DNA of 62,056 nt, the filler included, from Sphacelaria rigidula (Eukaryota): NCBI GenBank assembly GCA_964200075.2. It is 7 parts of 7 records of this genome, joined end to end, with 100 filler letters (N's around TTAATTAATTAA, not from the genome) between each part and the next. Parts side by side here need not be neighbours in the genome. Positions count along the whole stretch, not along the records: positions 17,761 to 26,540 come from CAXNAA020010121.1; positions 26,641 to 35,419 come from CAXNAA020010122.1; positions 35,520 to 44,298 come from CAXNAA020010123.1; 4 more parts are not named here. One strand, given 5' to 3'. The translations under genes and the position numbers were made by a program. Shown in pieces: positions 25,367-37,430 of this stretch. Every line of letters begins with the position of its first letter. The first letter of the stretch is position 1. Under the pieces are notes generated by a model. That model was not told the origin of the DNA, searched no databases, and worked only from the letters and a program-made list of their open reading frames with translations.

Positions 25367-27216
25367 CTGCGTTTTCATGCGTGGCGCCCAAAGCAAGGGT
25401 GCGTGAGACTTACGACCGGGAAGGATGGGGATGGGAAGCTGACTCTTTTTTTCAATCACTGCGCATTAGTCTTTGTATCTCAGGCCTGCGGCGGGGAAAA
25501 GAAATCCCGGGCTAACACGCATAAACGGTATCGCTTTTCTGGTGTGGAGTATCTTACTCCATCTCTGCCCTAACGAACTGCACACGGTATCTTTCCCTCG
25601 CTGAAATAGATACGCTTATCAACAAGGAATGTTCGGGCACGGGGAAAACGTGCGACGGAGAAATGGCATAGGAGTAGGGCAGCCCGGTAGTCACTACGAG
25701 AGAGTAGTGTAGCGCACTTAGTTCGGTAGGATGGGATGGGCCATGGCATGACGGAAATGTAGGGTCAAGTATCCGAAACGTGATGTTTATAACGCGTGAA
25801 TGGTACCATCTCCGGACGCATGCTCAGGGGCTGAGAACTGGGGGATGAGAACAGCAAGAGAAAATACATTTAAATGGATAAGAGGAGGAGCGGGTGTCAT
25901 CCGGGGGGGGGGGGGTAGACTGAGGCATCAAATAGCTCACTCGCGAAAAGGAAGACCATTTCCTGGAAAGGAAGAGGGGGGGGAAATGGGCATCGCCCGT
26001 AAAATGATTTCATGTATATCGGTAAGTTGTCTTGAATGCAGTTTTCCTACTTCACGTTTTTTTTCAAAATTTCGGGAAGCAAACAGGTAGTGCTACTATA
26101 CAGCTTGGTTCACCTACCCTCGGTCAAGAGAAGCTCTTTCGAAACCTTACTCACGTATGGCTTACTCGAACTACTCTACACTACACAATGGGAGGAATTG
26201 AAAGGCACCATCAGAGCAAACTCCGCACAGCGACCTTACCCCCTTCCATTCTCTAGTACCTACCCCTTACTTACACTGCAGGGAGGAGAGGGAGGGGTGG
26301 GGGGCAACGGGGAGAAATCGATGGGATACACGAGTGTACGCCACAAACTAATTCTTCTGCATCCAATAGGAAATAACGTTCTGCAGGTCGGCACCTCCAC
26401 GATCCAAGAGTTCAGGTCATGCCCCACTCCCAAGTCTCACAATACCGGGTCGCCTCTGTATAACACTTCCACGGTTAGGACGAATCATCACGACTACGAA
26501 TCACCAAATCCACGATTTCTTCGGCCTGATTGCCCAAAAGNNNNNNNNNNNNNNNNNNNNNNNNNNNNNNNNNNNNNNNNNNNNTTAATTAATTAANNNN
26601 NNNNNNNNNNNNNNNNNNNNNNNNNNNNNNNNNNNNNNNNTCCATCGAATCAAGATTGTTGACGTCTTTCTCTGTGTATACTAACGACTATTTGAAGAAG
26701 AAACGTTTTCACACCCAGGCAGGCATCATCGAAGTGGCCCAAAATCACCGCAAAAACTATCTTCTAGTGAAACCAAATCGCGTAAAAATTCGCCTCCGGC
26801 GGGGCGCATCCAGCGGGGCCCTCCGGGGGCGCCTCCGGCGGCCCCCTCTCACCAGCCGGGGGGGGGCGGTGGTCGCGGCTGCGCCGCGACACCAATGTAT
26901 CAATAGGACCCAGTAAACTGACTGCTCTCCGCAGCCAGTTTACCTTGTACTGGCGCGTAGCGCCAGTCCCCAACCCTAGGAAACGGGGAGGAAGAGAGGC
27001 AAGGCGGCGGGGGCGGGAGGAAGGGGGGCGGGGGCGGAACTGGGACATGTGCCACCCCTTGGATACCCCCGTGGAGCACAAAATCTATCGTGAGCTATCG
27101 TCGGCGGCGGTGGTCTCCTTCATACACACCACGGGATCGCAAACAAGATCTAGTGTTTTTTTTTTTTCCCTCATCGAAGGGCCGTAAAACCCCCGTCAAC
27201 ACTCGAACACTCACAG

Positions 27217-27348
27217 GTTTGGCGGTGAGGACGCGCTGGAGTTGTTGGAGGGATTGCTTACTTTGGATCCTTCGATGCGATTGACAGCCCGAGAAGCCCT
27301 TGAATGTCGCTACTTCCAGGCCAGGCCTCCGCCTACCAAGCCGGGCAG
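27217..27348 (+). CDS. Cyclin-dependent kinase (CDK9/CDK12/CDKC-like), kinase subdomain XI exon (FGGEDALELLEGLLTLDPSMRLTAREALECRYFQARPPPTKPG)
   Basis: cacag| and AG|gt sites. Contains the DALxLLxxLLTLDPxxRxTAxEAL motif. This frame is absent from the ORF track. Confidence 0.9.
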
Positions 27349-28452
27349 GTGTGAGCACTTGGACGTTTGGATTTAGAGTTTTTATTCTTATTTTAAGTAG
27401 ACCTCGTGACACATGATGGCTCAACCCTTGAACGCCGAGCGCAAGACATCTGTTGAATCGGTTTCAATTTTCACTCGAAAAAAAATATACCCTCGCGGCC
27501 AAGGGGTGATGCGGGCGTCCAGAACAGTTAATTTTGCGAGGGAATGGTACCTTTGCAACCCCCGTCGCTTCGGCGTTGGTGTTTCTGCTGTTTTATTATT
27601 ACTTCATCATTCTTGTTCGTTTATTCGTCATGATATTGATGTTTATATTCATCATGCTGTCCTACTTGTAGCCGCTGCATTTCCGCTTTCCATTCTCCCT
27701 TCCCCTCCGTGCCTACAAGCTAAGGGTAGTACAGTTAGTACGAGAGTGGTTGAATGGAGAAGGGTCCAAGTTACAGTCTCGTGGGGAGAGCTGGTAAAGT
27801 CATGCTCCAGTAGAGCTTGCGCGAGAAGCTCACATGTCCGTCAGTAGAGGCAAAAGTGTTGTGTACTGGACTACTTCCATTTTGTCTTCTGTCAAGAGCT
27901 GGTTCTTCATGGCTAACCGATTCTGTGGTGAGACTTGCGATCCATGCTGTATGAGTCGCAGTGTACGGTAGTGCAGAAGATCAAGAGCCAGGATATTTCT
28001 TGATTGGTTGGTTGATTGATTGATTGTCGCTTTTTAACTGACTCCGCAGGGATCCAGCCGTGGTCACATCATGAACATACCCCAAGATGAAACCAGAACG
28101 GAAACACTAGCTCAAGAAAAGTGAGGAAAACAGAAGGGTAGAATAGGCACAGTCGACTGAAAAAAATGACGAATGAACCCCAACGAAGCAAACACTACAA
28201 GAAGCGAAAAAAAGTAAAAGGTCGATCTCTACATTATGGCTTCAGGTGAATAAGTTCTTCCGTAAAAGCCGCGGGAAAAGAATGCGGCTCAACTATTTCT
28301 ATTTCGTCCACACTTTTTGGGGTATGAGGTCTCACCCATGATCCCTACAACAGCGAGGACTCGAATTGCGACTTGCACACACCAGGAGGAGAGAAACACA
28401 TAAGAGATGGGGAGAGAACGGCAAAACAGAGAAGGGAATTGACAACGTTTTC

Positions 28453-28723
28453 GTGAGATTGAGAGTAGGGGATATGATTGAGAGTGAAAAATATTCAATT
28501 ACCGAACGAATCGGTTCCGAAATGATCCTCCACGAGGTCCGATTTACTTTCTGTAGTTGCTTGCCACTGAAGCCCTTGATGTCCCTGAGTAGGATATCGA
28601 CGTGCAGCTGTAAGCACACGCCAGTGTTACAGGCAAAGATAAACACCCACAGAATGAGAAATTCGTCAAGTTGAAGAGAATGATCAAATCCACTCTCAAT
28701 CGAGGCACTACTCTCAATCTCAC
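28453..28723. mobile_element. ~275-bp MITE with GTGAGATTGAGAGTAG inverted ends (second copy 41611-41886; partial copy ~35335-35370)
   Basis: gtgagattgagagtag..gattgagagtg versus cactctcaatc..tactctcaatctcac. The two full copies also share their interiors. Confidence 0.75.
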
Positions 28724-29302
28724 AAGAACGCCGTTGGTTGCAGAAATAGTGAAGCCCAAGGACATCGTACAGTACAGTAGAGGAGGTACAAGCACACAAG
28801 CTAGGGAACCCCGCAAGACCACCGACCCGAAGGTGAACGTCTACAACCGATGAGAGAAGACTAAAGGCTGCCTACCGTTACCGACACGTTGATTGCGATG
28901 TATATGTATGCATATAAAGGCTCGAGCGGCAGCTGGCTCCGCCTCTCCTGTAGGACACAGATCCAGCATATGATTAAGCAGCTGGGAGCGTTGTACTTGA
29001 TGCAAGGCCGTACAAGGATCCGTCCTACTGTGGGGCAGCAACATTTTTGTCTGTTGCACGTTCGAAATCCATCACACCCTAGATAATGACAGTAGGTTGC
29101 ATTGTCAAAAAGTGTACTGCGTACAGTGTAACATATAGTCATTATCCAACGTGTGAAATCCATGCTTTTCCCCTGCGACATGGTTGAGGAAGGGGCAGTA
29201 AAAAGTAGCGTAGGTATGAGTTGCAAGAGATTGCTTGCTAGTGCGTCGTGAGGCTTCAAGGGGCAAAATCAGTTCCGGAATCGAACAATGGTACACTCGT
29301 AC

Positions 29303-29875
29303 GGGATGTACTCGTGATATTGCATGCCATGGTCACATGACCATTGACCTCGCATCCCCACAAAGCCGAGACGGGGCACGCCGTATTTCGCCAGCCCAGG
29401 CTCGCAATCAATCACCAAGCGTGAGGCGCCGTGATTTGTTCGGCGAGTCGCATGAAGGGTTAGCGGCATCCCGCAAAGATTGTTCGGCCCGAAGCTTACT
29501 GATTACTGATTATCTTGCATTTGGATGACAGCCAACAATGAGTTGCTTTAATCTGTGGTATCGCCACTTCCAGAGACAGCCACAGTTTACACACTGCCTC
29601 ATGGGTGTTTCATCATTACCACATTGCGTAGTACGACCATCCCCTTTGCGCGGAGTTGAGGTTCTCCAACTCTGCACAATATGATCTAACTCGACCGCCA
29701 TCATGGTTACCGCAAAGAAAAGGGCAAGCGCGCACAAAAAATCGGTAACCTGGTTGCCTAGCTTACGCAGTGAGTGGCGTGTTTTACAGCGTCATCGCCA
29801 ACCGACGCCAACCCCACCGGGGGTCCACCCCTACAAAGCCGGGGCGAAGCACATGAGGTTTTTGCCGGACCAGGC
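29303..29875 (-). mobile_element. Long poly(C)-family, near full-length copy with terminal direct repeat
   Basis: Reverse complement of 31488-32050. The motif ggtccggc.aaa...gtgct.cg.cccggctttgt.ggg occurs near both ends. Confidence 0.85.
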
Positions 29876-30149
29876 TGAGACGGGAGTTCGAGGGGGCGGG
29901 GGCTAACAAAAGGCAGGGGGGATACCAAAAGTGCGGTCAGCGGGATTCAAATGAGTGTGCACGCCAAGGCGGGTTCAAAGACTCGAGGGTGCCAAGCTAC
30001 CTGTTTTGATGTAAGAAGACGTGCAACATAGACCTCCCCCGATAGCTGCTGGCCCAGCTCGTACTTTGTGCAAACTGGCATCGTGATCCTTTACTGACAT
30101 ATACGGCAGCACATACGGCAGCACAGGCAGTCTATTTGTACTATCTCGT

Positions 30150-30620
30150 AGTGTCTGTACTGTACCTCTCCATATCATTTGCAGTGCAGCCGTTGTACAC
30201 TGCTGGGTGCAAACTGACATCTACATCCTATATTGCTGTATTCATCAGTACAGACAGTACTGTACTCCTTAGCACTGTCTGTACTTCACGTTGTCCGCAT
30301 CACACGTAGTGCAGTCGTTGTACACCGCTGGGTGCAAACTGACATCTCCATCCTACTGCTGTATGCGACAGAACAAACCTTGTACTCTCTGCACTGTACC
30401 TCATTTAGATCATTTCAGCGCGGCCGTTGTATCATTACTGGGTGCAAACTGACATCTGCATCGCATGTTAAATTGCGGCAGTCGCATGTTAAATTGCGGC
30501 AGTACAGAAGGTACCGCCCAGTACTGTCTGCACTGCACGTTGTCCGCATCTCTCACGTTGTCCACATAATGTTGACTACAGCCGTTGTACTACTGTTGTG
30601 TGTAAACTGACACCTACAAT
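30150..30620. repeat. Degenerate tandem repeat (~110-160-bp units)
   Basis: gcagccgttgtacactgctgggtgcaaactgacatct recurs at ~30187, 30311, 30419 and 30579. A related motif, ctgtctgcactgcacgttgtccgc, occurs at ~1732. Confidence 0.7.
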
Positions 30621-31026
30621 GTACTACATGAGGCAGCACAGCAGTACTGTACTGTCGGTGCTGCAGATTTTCGACAGCACGGTCGATGCCAACGGATAAT
30701 CAACCCCAGGTGCCATCCCGCGTGCGCCGGGATGGTGAAGCGAAGTCGGTTATAGTGCGTAAACGGCGCGGGGGATGGAGCCCCGCAGATGACCAGGAAG
30801 AGCACAAATACATTCAGCGCTGGCGGGCTATGCTAGTCTCCTTGCGTCTCGGTTGAAGAATACGAGAGAAGAATATAACTGGATCTCGGCTCGTATTTTT
30901 CAAAATATACGAACCGGGAGGGCTCGTCTCGTAATTTTTTCTTCGTCTCGTTTTTTTTTTCGAAATTTCTGTGAAAATACGAACAACAAGAGGCGGTTGA
31001 AGGAGTGGCCTCCAGAGTGAAAATAA

Positions 31027-31027
31027 T

Positions 31028-31072
<45 letters not shown>

Positions 31073-31120
31073 ATTTCTGCATATTAGCCCGATCTCTCGG
31101 ACCCGTGGTCACAGACGTAC
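31027..31120 (-). mobile_element. LINE/SINE-like 3' end, family B, with (AAC)n tail; other copies 54940-55000(+) with (AAT)n and ~60012-60073(-)
   Basis: The shared sequence tacgtctgtgaccacgggt.cg.gagatcgg.ctaat.tgc.gaaataa is immediately followed by a trinucleotide tail. Confidence 0.7.
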
Positions 31121-31487
31121 ACGCGCCTTTCCAGTACCGTTACTGCTATTCCCGACTTGAGATGGAGCGCTCCTTACTTTTTTTGAGACTCCGATAACGG
31201 AGCAAAGTAAAACGGGTAATGCTGCATTATCATATGTTGACATGCAACTTGTTGTTATTGTCTCCACTTTGAAAACCGTTCTGATATCTGCGCATTACTC
31301 TGTACTGGACATATGATGCGGAGACCTTCCGTCGTCACAGGCAAAGTACCCAAAATAGGGTATAAGACAATCAAAAAATAAAATCGGCCCCAGAAAAATT
31401 CACCTAGACGCGGTACAAAAACAGTAATGATGAAAAGAAGGGGAAAAAATACTGCTGACTTGCCCATATTATATTTTCATCCCCCTT

Positions 31488-32066
31488 GGTCCGGCGAGAA
31501 CCCGACGTGCTCCGTCCCGGCTTTGTAGGGATGGACCCCCGTTGGGGGTTGGCGTCGGTTGGCGATGACGCTATAAAACACGCCACTCACCGCGTGAGCT
31601 AGGCAACCGGGTTGCCGATTTTCTTTTACCCGCTTACCCTTTTGTTTGCGGTAACCATGATGGCGGTCGAGCTAGATCATGTTGTGCGGGTTTGGACAAC
31701 CTCAACCCCGCACAAAGAGGATGGTCGTACTGCGTAGTGTTGTAATGGTGACACACCCATGAGGTAGTGTATAAGCCGTGGCTGTCAAAGGAAATGGCGA
31801 TACCGGAAAATGAAGCAACTTAGTGGAGTCTGTCATCCACATGCAAGATAATCAGTAGGCTTCGGGCCGAACAATCTCAGCAAGATGCAGCTAACTCTTC
31901 ATGCGACTCGCCGCACACATCACGGCCCTTCGCGCTTGGTGATTCATTGCGAGCCCGATCCTGCGAAAATCTGGCGTGCTCCGTCCCGGCTTTGTAGGGA
32001 TGTGAGGTCACTGGTCATGTGACCATGGCATGCATGATCATAAGTACCCCCCCCCCCCCCCCCCCC
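31488..32066 (+). mobile_element. Long poly(C)-tailed repeat, most complete copy (~580 bp); fragments also at 3437-3530, 5056-5260, 7802-7888, 17761-17818, 44399-44440
   Basis: Present in five of the seven unlinked contigs. It ends GATCATAAGTA-C20, and a ~45-bp segment is repeated at 31488-31533 and ~31957-32002. Confidence 0.9.
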
Positions 32067-32688
32067 TTCCCCCCCGTGCTCGGGACTGGCCCGTCGTCGT
32101 CTCAAGGAATCATTGAACCAACCTCTCTCCTGTTTTATACCTACCTCGCCTTTTCATTTTCGAGAATTCGAATTAGCACTCCCGCAGCGCGTTTATTTGC
32201 GTGACTGTTCATTCCTTGCGGTGTATATTGCTCTTCGATCAGGGGTGCATCGATCGTTTGTCGCACATTACGTGATTCATCGCGTAGGAATCCAGCCGTG
32301 GTCATTGTTCAAAAAGATAAACGTATCCAAGGTATGTGAAAAACGGAGATACTCGAGGAAGGAAGCTCGAGAACGGGGCACACGGAAATAGAGAGGGAGA
32401 ACAAAATAAGTACTCTGAAGAACGAGGAAACAGAACAAGAAAAAAACCGAACATCAACACATCCCCCCATACATCACACCAATAAAATGAGGAACAAAGA
32501 AGGACAAGGAAGGGAAAGGAAAAGCCAATAGCGCCAAGGTATATCAAGTATCGATCCTGCTGAAGAATGAAGGGGATGCAGTATTTTTATTTCATCTTCG
32601 CTGCTTTATGTGTACCCCCCCCCCCGCCCCCCTCGCCGCCCCGCCGCTGTCGCTGTGACCCTATGCGATGTTGTGCGTGTCTGCGCAG

Positions 32689-32761
32689 CGTGAAGCTGAA
32701 CCTGCACGCGTGTCACGAGTACGAGGCAAAGCGGCGTAACGGCAAGAAGCACCCACCCAAG
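32689..32761 (+). CDS. CDK C-terminal extension exon (SVKLNLHACHEYEAKRRNGKKHPPK)
   Basis: gcgcag| and AAG|gtagga sites. Phase 2 matches the previous exon. An HE motif followed by a polybasic stretch is characteristic of the CDK9/12/13/CDKC group. Confidence 0.85.
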
Positions 32762-33854
32762 GTAGGAAGGCGCAAGAGGCATGGTGTGTGAATCCTTCAG
32801 GCACTGTGCTACTCTACATCAACAGCATTTCCTACCGTGTGGTGTGCGCCTATTTTAGTGTGGGGCTATTGTTCCGCTCGGGTTAATGAAGCCGGGGAAG
32901 GAAAGTGTGTAGAATGCCATCTCATGCGATTACTACAACAATTTTTGGTGCGTGCATGTGTGTGTGTGTGTGTGTGTGTGTACTTGTAAACCCCCCTCCT
33001 CCTGTTGGCGGCATGTCACCGACAAGTTTGTATCCTCAAGTGATGAACCCGTCTTATCCCCTGTGCTTGTGTTGTGGTTGATTTTCGAGCATTGGATGAT
33101 GACTGACTGTCAGCACTTGCACTGTCCGTCGGCTTCAAATGTAATTTTTTACCGTGCGTTCCTCAAATCCCTCCGGGACGAAACGAATTGCGTCAACAAC
33201 AACATTCTCTCAAATTATGTACATGACCTCTTTTGGTTGTATGGGGGTTTCGGTGCCTAAGGGTTCCACTTGAAAAAAAGCCATGTACCATACAGAAGGT
33301 GTAGCTCCGTCGGGAATCATCGTGTACCCTCGTACAGCGGTTGCAAAAGCTATTTAGCTTCGCATTATTGTATCGGCAGGTTGTATTCGAAAATCGGATG
33401 AAGTGCTAGAGGCCTGTACATTATCATCAGGGGACAAGCTTTGGCAGCGGATATATAGTCGAGTCAAGGGGTGGCGGCGGTGCATGCATCCACTCGTCAC
33501 GAAATTTTCCCTTCAGTATCGAAGTCCGTAAATAATACGTTCCGGTTGATTCTGGCGACGTGGCAACCGCGTGCTGACTCTTTGGAGGGCATTGGCAGAC
33601 ATGGGGCCAAGTTATAGGCGGACCTCCCCTGCGGTCGTATGGCGAAACTGACGGCCCCATTGCGATATCTGATATCTGGAATGTAGCATTGATTGCAGTG
33701 ACGGAAATTCTCGAGCAAAGCACGAGCTATTATGGAGGATTCACCCGCACAAGCAGTACGACACATGAACTCAGCGTGGTGAGTCAGGAACGATGATCCT
33801 GTTTTCTCGCCCCATTTCTTGGCTTTGGCACAAACACGTTATGGTACCGAGCAG

Positions 33855-34151
33855 GGTACTCACCACGCCGTCGCTGGCGGGGTCCAGCCCAGGGATGGTC
33901 GACGGAATAGTGTCTCAAAAAGCACATTCAAGGGGGGCTCTTCAGGTACCATCCCAAACCAGCAACACCAGCAGCTGCAGCAACAGGGGCAGCAACGATC
34001 ATCCTCGGGGGCGGCGCATTCTGCTCAGAGGCAGCAGAAACAGCAGCAGGCGTCCCTCCAGATTTCCTTGCCTCAGTCAGGACTCTTGTCTACCCAAACA
34101 CGGCAACAGCACCAGTCGGGTTCCGGTGCTAGCAGGGGGGAATGGACATAG
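33855..34151 (+). CDS. Probable terminal exon of the CDK gene (Gln/Ser-rich low-complexity tail)
   Basis: gagcag| acceptor, phase 0, open to TAG at 34149-34151. Confidence 0.65.
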   Translation, partial: GTHHAVAGGVQPRDGRRNSVSKSTFKGGSSGTIPNQQHQQLQQQGQQRSSSGAAHSAQRQQKQQQASLQISLPQSGLLSTQTRQQHQSGSGASRGEWT

Positions 34152-36474
34152 ATACGAGTACATGTGCGTGGAAAGTTGTGAGAATTCGGGTCGCCGGTAG
34201 TCAAGTTCGCGGTGTTGGTGATGGGTGGGTATGTGAAAGTTGATGATCGCCCTGCAGGAGAGAGAAGATCCACGAGAGGGAGGCTTATTAACTTCGTCAT
34301 GGACCAAGGAATGAATATGATCTTACATGCCCGCCACGACGCTGGTGGTTTGTGTCAAGAATACACACAACCACTGGGGAAACATTCAGCGCTGAATTTC
34401 AGCTCCGTGGTTATTTGAACCCTGGTTCAACTCTGATATCCGCATTACTATTATTGTTCACCCAGGGAATAGTGAACATTCGAAGTACAATGTTACTCTT
34501 CACTCAGGTGCAATACGACGTGGATTGAAAGCTGCGCAACACTGCGCTGGCGGCAAAATGGTGCCTTCAGGATTTGAATGGGATCAGCTTGCGACGGCTG
34601 GATCAGCGATGTAGCAGCAATATGTTGCTGTCTTGCCAGCGCCCCATCTTGTTATAGATTGAACTTGTTGCTCTTGCTTCTTGTGTCTTTCACCCAAACC
34701 CACCCACCATGCCGAGTGGCAGTGGGTGCGTCTCAATATGACACTCTTACACTCAGAGGTATGGTGTAACAGAGTTTCCGCCGTTTCGTCGGCAATGACT
34801 CCTCGTTGGCTCCTGCGCGGTCCCGAAGTGTTGCCATTTCGGGCCACGATTTGGTCGTTTGTGTTTCGATGCTCTAGCTACTTGGCTGGACGAAGTGCAC
34901 GAGCGCGGTCGGGGTAGTGTTGAGAGAATCCCCCTTGATCGCCTTCGACGGCAAAGCACCGAACCATCACGAATTTCGGTCGAAGTTGCGTTAGCTTGCC
35001 TCCAGGAGATACCCTTCGCTATAATCTGTATGTCGTTATCCTTGCGCTTGGTTGTTCAATCCTCGCGGGTGCTCGCGACGACGCGTTAGTTCTGGTACGG
35101 GCTGGTCCAGCTTTTGACCAGTTGGTGGTGGGGAGAATACTCAGAGAGCCGTTGATGAAAAATGACGACCGTGCCAAGTTGCAGCCACAGCGTATGTACT
35201 GACTGTACTATACTCTAATGCGTGTACCGAGGAATTAATGGAGACTGTGGCATACAGGTGAGCAACCTGAACTCTGTGCCCAGAGTAGTACTTCAAGAGC
35301 GTACGCATCGATCTCCACAGCAAACAGTGTTTTCGTGAGATTGAGAGGGGATGATACGATTGAGAGTGGCTTTGATCATTCGCTTCAAGTGAGTTATTTT
35401 TGTATCCCACGTGTGTTTTNNNNNNNNNNNNNNNNNNNNNNNNNNNNNNNNNNNNNNNNNNNNTTAATTAATTAANNNNNNNNNNNNNNNNNNNNNNNNN
35501 NNNNNNNNNNNNNNNNNNNCTCTGAGTAATCCGACATGTTTTTTCTTGTTCTTGAGGTGATTGGTTGGGGGGGGGGGGGGGGGGGGGGCGTATCGTAGAA
35601 AGTGCCTATTATCTCGAAAGAATCACGAAACTTGGTTCCAGGAGGCAGTGCTCCGAGAAAAACAGGAGGATGCGAACTCATTGTAGATCGAGTATTTTTT
35701 CGAATCTCAGGGGCGAGCGGCGAAGGTTGAAAAACATTATGAGGCGCTTGTTCAGATGTCAAATGTGGAATATCGATCGATTTCAGAACCATAATTTACG
35801 ATCCAGTCGTCGAAAACAGTAGAAGGCATGGTGGGGCTTCAGCGAGGAGGCGACACGTACGTGTGCACAACTTGTTGTCGAACTACTTCCCTTCATTATT
35901 TGTCAAACAAACACTACCTTTTTTTGTTTAGGGTCATCGACGGAAACTTTGCGCCAAATGCCAATATTCGACGCCTGTGCTCTTGTGGGTTGCAAAAGTG
36001 GGGGGAAGTGGCTGACATTTGGCGAGATTCGATGGTTGACGGCATGTCAACTAATACGTGTCGGCTAGTAGTCGCCCCTGGGCTTTCCAAAAGTGACACG
36101 GCACCTATGCAATGCATGACAAGAATGAGGCCACTACAGCTTCCGTTCCCCGCCACAAACGCTGACATCATCTACACCTATTTTTGTGAATATATAAAGA
36201 GTCCTTCGGTCACGGTCTGAAACTACGCAATAAGGATTGCTAGGTGACTTCCCAGTTGCGCTGATCAATGGCCAATAAAATCTCCGCTGATCGCACGGTT
36301 CCACGAGAACAGCTGGCGGTGAACTGGTACAAGCGACCGTCGCCCGTTGTCGACTCGCGTTATGTCGGAACGTTTCGAGTATGTTTCGAGAGCGTCTTGA
36401 CCCGCTCGGCAGCTTGACCCGAGTATATCCCCGCACACCGATGAATCTCTACTTTTGTGTGTGCCGAACATAAG

Positions 36475-36678
36475 CCGGGGATACGTGCAGCGATGGCACT
36501 ACTGTCGGTGTAGAGGCGAATGGTGTATGTTGCGTCCTAGAGTGCGGCACGTGCGGAGGTGGGGGTTGTGGCGAGAGGGCGAGGATGCAAGACCTCGATG
36601 TTGGAGACTGCTGCACAGGGCGGATCGAAGACTCAGGGGTCTTCTGCGACGATACCGCTACAGCACCCTGCATCCTGG
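36475..36678 (+). CDS. Exon encoding one Cys-rich extracellular-type repeat (TCSDGTTVGVEANGVCCVLECGTCGGGGCGER...DCCTGRIEDSGVFCDDTATAPCIL)
   Basis: aag| acceptor and G|gtgcgt donor, 204 nt, phase 1-1. It has 10 Cys including CCxxxCGxCGGxGC, a pattern I recognise from brown-algal secreted proteins. This frame is absent from the ORF track. Confidence 0.8.
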
Positions 36679-37011
36679 GTGCGTTCCTACCAACAGAGTT
36701 ATGGCATTGTTGCTCGAAGTAGTCAGCCCTGCCGTAGAAATGGGATATGATGCTCCACGTCCTCTGGACTTCCAGAGTATTCTCAGCACTCAGTGCGGTA
36801 GAGTATCGGAGTGCCGCCTGTTGCAAATAGTGAGTATCCCAGAATAGCTTTGTTATCGATTGGCGAAAGTACTGGGAAAATTACTCGTACCTGCTCTCTA
36901 CCCAATCCTAACCATGATTGCAATAGCCATCATGTTCGGAGCAGCAAGAACCAGTCTAGTAACACTTCACCGCTCCAGTTGAAGCATTCCTCGCACACAT
37001 TTTCCCGATAA

Positions 37012-37430
37012 CAGTGGATTCTCGAAAATGGGTTCGAAAAATAAAATGAGGTTCAACTCCAAAGCCGTTCTTTCCCTGATCTAAATTCATGACAGATGGC
37101 TTTCATATGGACCATCCCATCCCTCCCGCCCCCCCTAAAACTATTCCAGGGAATTTATAGCCTTCCATTCCCCCAGAGGGTATGTGCGAAAGCACGATTT
37201 GGGGGACAAAAAACGTCTCTTTTTCACCTCGAAGTCGAGACAAAAATGTGCTTCCGCACATACCCTTTGGGGGAATGGAAGGCTATAAATCCCCTGGAAT
37301 AGTTTGAGGGGGGTCGGGAGGGATGGGGTGGTCCATATGAAAGTCATTTGTCATGAATTTAGGTCAGGGGATGCACGGCTTTCGAGTCGAACCTGATTGT
37401 TTTTCCAACACCATTTTCGAGAATCCACTT
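37012..37430. mobile_element. Foldback MITE with ~185-bp inverted arms
   Basis: cagtggattctcgaaaatgg ... ccattttcgagaatccact. The mirrored ORFs 37096+ and 37347- in the ORF track reflect the palindrome. Confidence 0.85.

Noticed and set aside
30150-30620. CRISPR-like repeat-spacer array
   Set aside because: Repeats are degenerate, the intervening sequences resemble each other, spacing is irregular, and there are no cas genes in this eukaryotic intron.
31488-32066. rRNA, tRNA or hammerhead-ribozyme origin for the structured repeat
   Set aside because: I found no recognisable rRNA segment, tRNA A/B boxes or CUGAUGA...GAAA core by eye. An Rfam search is still needed.
33560-33780. Extra CDK exon ending at gtgagt (33779)
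   Set aside because: No acceptor gives a convincing in-phase coding segment, and 32761 joins 33855 in phase without it.
9531-34151. BUB3 plus CDK plus sacsin as a cell-cycle gene cluster
   Set aside because: Each gene lies on a separate unlinked contig.
37096-37347. Two near-identical 68-aa ORFs on opposite strands
   Set aside because: They are a consequence of a palindromic MITE.
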